From Atractiella rhizophila (taxonomy: Eukaryota), in assembly GCA_021432655.1 (NCBI GenBank), contig MU271513.1, forward strand, positions 1 to 51,228: 51,228 bases of DNA, in the 5' to 3' direction. Numbering within the stretch: position 1 is the first letter of the stretch; each line of letters starts with the position of its first letter. The position numbers and the translations under genes were made by a program. Below, piece after piece: positions 44,221-51,228 of the stretch. The notes beneath the pieces are model-generated. The model made no database searches. It saw nothing but the letters and a program-made list of their open reading frames with translations, and was not told the origin of the DNA.

Positions 44221-47200
44221 TGCAGAGATCATTCAAAGTAAGCATTGACAGCCTGAGGCATAGGGTGAAAACATGTTCATCATCAGTATTGTGAACTATT
44301 TCCTCTCAACTCAAATTGTTACAAACGAATCGATTACCATCTGTCACATTGGTTCATCATTCCTTGTGGCAACCCATGGTCCTAACACTCGCCGTTCATT
44401 CTCCCATTGAGAGCAGTCCTTACAATTTGCTGCGAACCTTATCCCTGGTTGCTCCTCAAACAATAAATTGTCTCTCGGGTGTCGGCACGTCTACCCTAAT
44501 AAAGGCGGCTCTGACAAGCAGACTGTAGATTAAGTAGCCACGATTAACGACGGAAAAGGATTGAGTGCCAGCGAACATGTAGGTTGGTGCTAAGTCAGTT
44601 GGCTGTGATTAGCAGGGCGTCATCGGTCATGAGGAAATGTCACACATCAAGAATCTAGCAACAAACACCTATTTGAGTGTCATCGTCGTCTAGGGTCACA
44701 CACAACGCTCCTCCCGCGGCAGGAAACATACCTGATATCACATCCGCACTGATGAGCACAAACCCTAGAGTTTCGGCTTGAGAGGGAGTATCGATATCTC
44801 AGTGGATGATTATGATGCTAAATGAGAGGTAAAATCAGGGCTGAAGACGGAGGCACGATGATCAGCCTTGTCGTCTATATGCTTGCTTTTGAGATTATGG
44901 CCTTCTGAAAGAGACAGAAGAGTTGCCTATGCCGTGAACGGTCTCGTTGAGGCAATTACAACGCACAATCCATCCAACAACCTTAGCTAATGAATCGTCT
45001 CGTCAGCAACGTCCCTCTGGATCACACGGAACCCACTTGGTCGCCCAGTTGTCAGAGTCAGTTGTGCCCAACATTGGAATAGAATGTGTGTCCAGCTGAG
45101 TATGACTGTGAGAATGACGTTGTACGTTCCTGATGAGAGCATCTTTTCTCATGCTACAGAGGTCAAAACTCAAAACGGACACTGAAAGCCATTCCGAAGC
45201 AAGCAAAGGAATATATCCTGATTCATTGCAAAGATCTTACGCGGTGTCGTATGTTACTCGCTCCCAAACTGTGAGATCAATTTGTACCGGGAGAAAGAAA
45301 CATGATCCTGAAAAGTCAGAAATATATAAATTTTGACGTCCACCCCGAAGCTGCTCTTTGCATTTATGAGAAGAAGAGGGGAAGCGCTTTAGCCGGGATC
45401 TTGAAGACCATGATCGGCTCACGACACCAACGATCAATATCGTTCCATCAAGGAACATGTTACCATCATTCATTCAATCATTAGAACACAAACGATCCGA
45501 TGTAAGCTTACGTTTATGGAGTTCAAGTGGGCTCAGTTGGAAAGGAGACACGGACAGTGGAGCCCACTGGAATGAGAAAGATAAATAGGAGGAGTCGTTC
45601 AAGGCGGTTAAGAAAGGTCGAAGCCCAGAGGCAACCTGAGTTGTTGGCGAACAAGTGGATCATGGCTGGGCTTCACCCAAGAGGATCATGCAGTAGAAAT
45701 CTCTGGTTTGCGGCACGTTATCTGGTCTAACCTTTCGCACGACAGACGTGACATTGAATTGACTCAACATACTGGCAAAGTCTTTGGAAAGTGGGAGTCT
45801 GACAACGACGTCAACAGCGCCTTGTCTGCTGCTGTTGTTGTTTCGTAAAAGATGAACAAGGTTGAGAAAAAGGCAGGTAGGTACAGACGCTCAAGTGGGA
45901 TAAGTAATGACGGTGGAAATCCCTCTCAAAGATCCCACGAGAGACATCGAAAAATCTGGCCACTGCTTAGATAGAGCACGTAACGCGTTGCTAAGCGTGA
46001 TGCCACAGGTGACCCCAAAATCCGTACGGATGTCGCCTAGACTTGAAAGAAGGAAGAAGGAAGCGAAATGGTATTCTTGTTCAGATATAGAATCTTTCCT
46101 TGTTACATAGTCATAGATGGAAATTTCGCATGCTTGATAACAGAAGCTATAGATAGTTTTTACAGTAATAGGGGAAGCGAACTCCAATCCCATTCAACCC
46201 ATCACCAAACCACGGACGCAAGACAAGATAAGCTCACTAACATCGTGCAGCTCATCTGCAAAATTCTCCTTTTGGCTTCAACTTCAACACTCCGTAACTT
46301 GCATTCTCTCCCAGGCGGTCTAAATAACATGCTCAGGCTTCCTTGTCCAATCAGCGTCTTCAAAGCGGTGTCGGCGAGATTGATCGACGGCGACTGAACG
46401 AACGGCGAGTCGGGGAGACGATGATGTGGCAGCTGGAGAGAGAAAGGGCTGGAGGCCGGAGAATGGTAGGGTTACGGAAATGATGCAGGTGCAGTAACAG
46501 AGGTGGCATAGGCAAAGGAGCATGTTATCAATGTTATCAATGTAGGGCATGGAAGGCAATTCTGGTAACACGTTTTTGCTTCAGGTTCTTCAGGTGCGTT
46601 ATTAGAGAAAGAAATGCGAGACCTTGAAGGTCAGTGTGCACGGGTAAATGGATTGTATGGGCTGTATATCAAGCGATATCAAAGCTGAACCCTGCAGACG
46701 GTGTGTGATTAGTTGAGGAAGTTGAGGCGAAGTTGCGACCAGCTCCTTGTAGCTGAGCATGTCCTTTTCCGCTTGCGAGCTTTTGATGGAAATATGATCG
46801 TTATATGCTTATTTATAGTTAATTACTCTCTCTCATAACCTCCCTAAAGGCGCCTGAATTAGACACATTGAGGTGTTCTCTGGAGAAGGAGACAGTGATT
46901 CCCTGAGTGTCATAAGTCATGCCTATCTGTAAGATCAACGAGTTTTATCTCCTGCACAAACCGACTATTGCTAAACTCAGAACTTGATTACAGCAAATAG
47001 CTAGCAGGGAGAGCGTCATAAAAAAATCAGATGAATGACCGAAGGACTTTTCCATGACATCCATGCCGCCGGCGTACTTGATGAGGATATCGGGAGAGAG
47101 GGAATGAAGTCACAGTGTCGTTCTCTTGCAGACGAATCTAACAGTCGCTCAACGTACACTTTTTACGTCATGGGAGTCTATATACCATGACAACTGGCTA

Positions 47201-47530
47201 TTTTCAACTATGCCCTCCCCTGTTTTGCGATCTTCCTCACATACTGCGTCGCTCAAAGGCTCCAGAAGACCTACGGGTAGTCTGCAGTTTGAGTCACATC
47301 ATCTTTTATCCCTTGTGTCTTTAGTTGTTGCTACTTTCCTTTCCTGATGTGTCGTGAGGACACTCTTGCGCAACTTCGCCAACACTTCGCTCGTTCGCAC
47401 TCCTTCGCTTCTGCGAAACTCCTTCTTTCTCTCGCTTCTTCGGCATCCTAATGACCTGTATATATAACTCTTGACCTTTCTGTAGATCCTCAACTCATAG
47501 AGATAAATCATTTTCGTTCATTTCCTAATT

Positions 47531-48786
47531 ATGTCCAACTCCACACTTACTCCCAAGCAAGAGAAAGCGCTCTTCTGCACTAAACAAGCGGAATCAAAGC
47601 CATGGGAACAACCAGGTTATAATGCGTTGAAGGACGATTGCAATCAATATGGATACGTTCCTTCCCCCGCTCTTGGTATCGCTTTTGCAGCCGCTTTGTT
47701 TGTCTTTCGAACACCTCTTCAATTTCATTTCACTCATTCACGGTGAAATACAGCGCTATACTCACCCTCGTTCATACCGGCTTGGTCATTAAGTCAAAGC
47801 GCTGGTCGCTGTTGTGTATCACTGGTGGCGGAATTCGTGAGTGCCCTTGTTTCCCTTCCTCCCTCAATGGAGAGCAGATGTTAATAGTGGGCTTGCCAAT
47901 AGTTGAGATTGTCGGATGGGTCTCTCGTGTGATGTCGAGCAGCGATCCATACGGTGATGGACCTTTCATTGCTCAGGTTTGTCCTTTGCGCTGCTCTCAT
48001 TGTTCGACGAAATGAAATAACGGGTTTCGAAAGACGACAACACTTATTATCGGTCCAACCCTTTTCAGTGCTGCTCTCTATCTCCTCTTCGGAATCATCA
48101 TCGTGGAACTGGGATCGCACTACTCCATTCTCAAACCGAAGCTCTATGGAATAATCTTCATCACCGCCGACTTCGTCTCCCTAGTCCTTCAAGGCGCAGG
48201 AGGTGGAATAGCAGCGACCGCTGAGGATCAGTCGGGGTCCGATCTGGGTATGTGCAACCTCCACTTCTTTCTGGAAGTATGAGCAGCTAGACTGAGTCGA
48301 CATGCAGGGACAAACATCATGGAGGTTGGTATCGTTTTCCAACTCGTCGCCACCTGTGTCTTTGGCTTCTTCGCCCTCAAGTTCAGGAAGAAGGCGAAGG
48401 CCGACGATGCCCTCCCAGCAAGGAAGACACCGCTCTGGTACCTTGAGGTCGCGCTCGCTGTAAGCACTGGAGCGGTGATCATTCGGGGAATCTACCGTTC
48501 TATCGAGCTCGCACAAGGATGGAACGGGTGCGTTACTTTATTGGCTGGGGTAAATTGAGAGCTGATAGTTGTGGTCCGAAGTTACTTGGCGGAGCACCAA
48601 GTCTATATCCTCTTCGACGGAGTCCCAATGGTCATCCTGCTCATCGCACTGGCGCTTGCACATCCTTTCTGGACTCTCCCTCTCTCCAGTGCTGGAAATA
48701 GGGCCAGTCCTTTCAGGAAAAACGAGAAAGGGCTTATACCACTCACATCACAAAGCGAAATCTCGTTCCCGACTAATTTGAAGTGA
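47531..48786 (+). CDS. RTA1-family (Rsb1/Rta1-like) multi-TM lipid-translocating exporter; multi-exon
   Basis: YGYVPSPALGIAFAAA, EIVGWVSR, IIGPTLFSAALY, IFITADFVSLVLQGAGGGIAA, VGIVFQL, IRGIYRSIELAQGWNG, FDGVPM and HP. These are typical RTA1 motifs. Confidence 0.9.
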
Positions 48787-49799
48787 GCTTGCCTAGAATC
48801 ATCCTTGCAGGTGCCATGAAAGGAACAGATATGAGGAATGCATAGAGACACGCCACTTAGCTCCTGGATAGGGTCAAGATCCACCAACTGGTCACTGAGG
48901 ACGAAAACCAATGAAGGATGCAGCAGGGGAAATGGACACTTGTGGTTACTTTTGTGAAGGACACTTTTTGAAAATAAATCGATGTAGGAACAGTTAGTTT
49001 ATCTTTGCAAATCAGATACTCCTTTTGTGTTCCATTGCTGTAGATTGCCATATTCTACTTGTGCTCCAACTGCCCAACGCTTTCGATTTTGATTCCAAAA
49101 GTGGATGAGCAAGAAATATATCTGAGGAGCTCTAGCCCAGTATAATCTCCATAATGTCTGGCACGGGGATCCAGAATGTAACTGTTCCTCGTTGATAAAA
49201 GCGCGGGTTGACAAGATGTGCCCTCTTCATCCCCAACCTCTCGTCCTCATGTCAAACCCACATCCCAGGTACTCTCTCCTATAATCGGTCTACTACCTTC
49301 TCCCTCAAACTACGCTTCTCTTCGTACTGCGAGGTTCGAGAGGAGATGTTTGAAAGAAGCATTTAACATTCGTAGGTTTTTTTTACGACGGCTAGCGAAT
49401 TGCGAGAGGCCGAGCATGGGAACGCTGCGATGATCGTTCAGGTCTTTGCGGTATAGTTAAGATCAAAACGCTTTAGTGCCCCTCATGCTTTAAACCTACA
49501 TCCCAGCAAGCCCAGTCAAAGCTCTTTGTCTGAACAAAAGCATGGAGCGTACCACGTCTTTCCAACGCTTCTTACGCAAAACAAGCCCTCCTACTTGCTT
49601 AGGAACTTTATTTTAATGGTCCCTGCTCTACAAACGACTTCTGCTGGTACGGCGCTTGTCCATAAAGGAACTCTTCGGGGACGTGTAGGGAGCGCATGGC
49701 AAGGCGGGATGCTAACATGACAATGGGAGAATCATTTTTTGCTCGGTTCAGATCCCAATTCGGGTGCCTCCTGCTTCCCTCGTTTCTTCTGGGTCTTGG

Positions 49800-49997
49800 T
49801 GTTGAGACTAGGATTCTTCCTATCACACTGGGAAGCGTACATTGCAGAAGAAACTCACCTAGGATTCTTCCTATCACACTGGGAAGCATGAAGGGAAAAA
49901 ATCCTTGTGAGGGGGGTATATGTGTATTTTACATTGCGGGGCATTGCGGGGCACTCATGTGACCATAATTGTCACTGTTTGTCGCTTATCTCCAACA
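49800..49997 (-). repeat. 3' LTR (198 bp) of the copia element
   Basis: On the minus strand the purine tract GAGTGGGAG is immediately followed by TGTTGGAGA (49997) and the LTR ends TCTCAACA (49800), giving terminal inverted repeat TGTTG/CAACA. There is an internal ~28-bp direct repeat (TAGGATTCTTCCTATCACACTGGGAAGC) at 49809 and 49860. Confidence 0.8.
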
Positions 49998-51228
49998 CTC
50001 CCACTCGACAAAACAGTGATGCTGAAATCGCAAAATCAGAAACTCGTAAAAATCAAAAACTAAGAAGTTGTTCTCCCACTCGATGAAGCAGCGCTTGGTT
50101 TTGACACCAAAGATAGTAAACTGCAGAGATATTCGTGTTTCCCCTTTTCTAATGGTTTCGTGAAGATGTCTGCAATCATTTCTGTTGTGGGACAGTATCT
50201 GAAATCGAGAATATTGTTCGCTTGTGCCTCTCTGATCCAAAATAACTTGATGTCCACATGCTTCATTCGTGAAAAATGTTCTGGGTCGTGTGCATTTTCA
50301 AGAGCTGCTTTGTTATCGTTAAATATCGGTAGTGCCCGTTCTTGCTTTCTTCCCATTTCTTCAAATAAACTCCGATACCAAACTCCTTCTACTCCACCAT
50401 GTGTCATCGCTAAGAACTCGGCATTTCCTGTGGAGAGTGCTACTCCATCTTGCCGTTTGCTACTCCAACTGATCGGTCCTTTGCCTAAGAAGAAGGCAAA
50501 ACCCGACGTTGATCGTCACGTGTCTAAGTCTCCGGCATAATCTGCGTCTGTATACCCACAGAAAAATGGACGGGAGTCCCCTTCACTTTGTAGGCCATAT
50601 TCCAAACAATAATGTTTCGTAGTTCGCAGGTAACGTAAAACTCTCTTGACTGCCTCCCAATGCTTTGGCCCTGGATTAGAAGAAAATTTCCCAAGGTGAC
50701 CCACAACCCAAGCTATGTCAGGGCGCGTTGCAATAGCAAGGTAGATTAAGCTTCCTATCGCATTTAGATATGGGACCTTTTTCATGTATTCAATCTCTTC
50801 TAGTGTGTTTGGGCAATCTGCTTTTGAGAGCATGTTCCCTGAGTCGTAAGGAGTGGAGACTGGACGACCTTCATCTGTCATATTGTACCGCTTCAGCACT
50901 GCATCAAGATATCGATGTTGATGCAGGTACAGTCGACGATTTGGACAATCTCTGGCTATCTCAATTCCAAGGTAAAGGCTGGCATCACCATTTTCAACCA
51001 TTCGATAACGAGTGTGGAGCTTCTGTTTGACACGATCCATTATAGCTCGGTCATTTGAAGCAAGAAGAAAGTCATCAATATGTACTGGTGTTATAACGAA
51101 TTTTCTGTTCTTTTCCCAGACATAGATTGAATGATCACTTTTACACCTCTTGAAACCATCCTCAACAAGTGTTTTATCAAGGTCTCTGTTCCAGCAACGT
51201 GCTGATTGATGAAGGCCATAAAGTGACT
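49800..51228 (-). mobile_element. Ty1/copia LTR retrotransposon, 3' part (RT-RNase H, PPT, 3' LTR), truncated by the window edge and disabled by an in-frame stop
   Basis: RT motifs SLYGLHQSARCW, VHIDD, YLGIEI, PYLNAIGSLIYLAIATRPDI and HWEAVKRVLRYL. RNase H motifs YTDADYAGD, RSTSG, SWSSKRQ, DNKAA, KHVDIK and ADIFTKPL. TGA at 50516-50518 interrupts the frame. Confidence 0.95.

Noticed and set aside
42641..44245. Long minus-strand repetitive ORFs (364, 374 and 147 aa)
   Set aside because: These are shadow frames of the 120-bp TPR array. A stop-free repeat unit stays open in several frames.
45891..46571. Possible pseudogene on the minus strand (same-frame ORF pieces interrupted by stops)
   Set aside because: No recognisable domain and no convincing splice model, so it cannot be supported without a homology search.

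Overview
This is eukaryotic, intron-rich fungal DNA (typical introns about 48-65 nt with GT/GC..CTRAY..YAG signals), most consistent with a basidiomycete because the WC-1 homologue has no zinc finger. About 12 protein-coding genes are recognisable: a C2H2-like duplicated-module protein, a synaptojanin-type Sac1/5-phosphatase, a secreted alpha-carbonic anhydrase with an acidic tail, two convergent RRM genes, a low-complexity hypothetical protein, White Collar-1, a secreted ricin-B-like protein, an O-fucosyltransferase-like protein, a HypX/HoxX-like enzyme, a patatin-STAND-TPR NLR and an RTA1 protein. The window ends in the 3' part of a disabled Ty1/copia element with an intact 3' LTR. The most notable unannotated signal is a family of four ~100-nt RNA polymerase III-type genes (7823-7920 -, 17938-18035 +, 22406-22500 +, 23267-23369 +) plus a probable deleted remnant. 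Each has an upstream TGTAAACA and TATA-like element, an A box, a B box and an oligo-T terminator. They cannot fold as tRNAs but form a long hairpin with compensatory base changes. Other highlights are a fungal homologue of the CO-synthesising enzyme HypX with apparently intact catalytic motifs, an RRM gene whose start codon is split by an intron (unspliced it reads ATG-TAA), and an NLR with a degenerate patatin active site and CpG-driven TPR variation. All gene models were spliced by eye, so boundaries are approximate.
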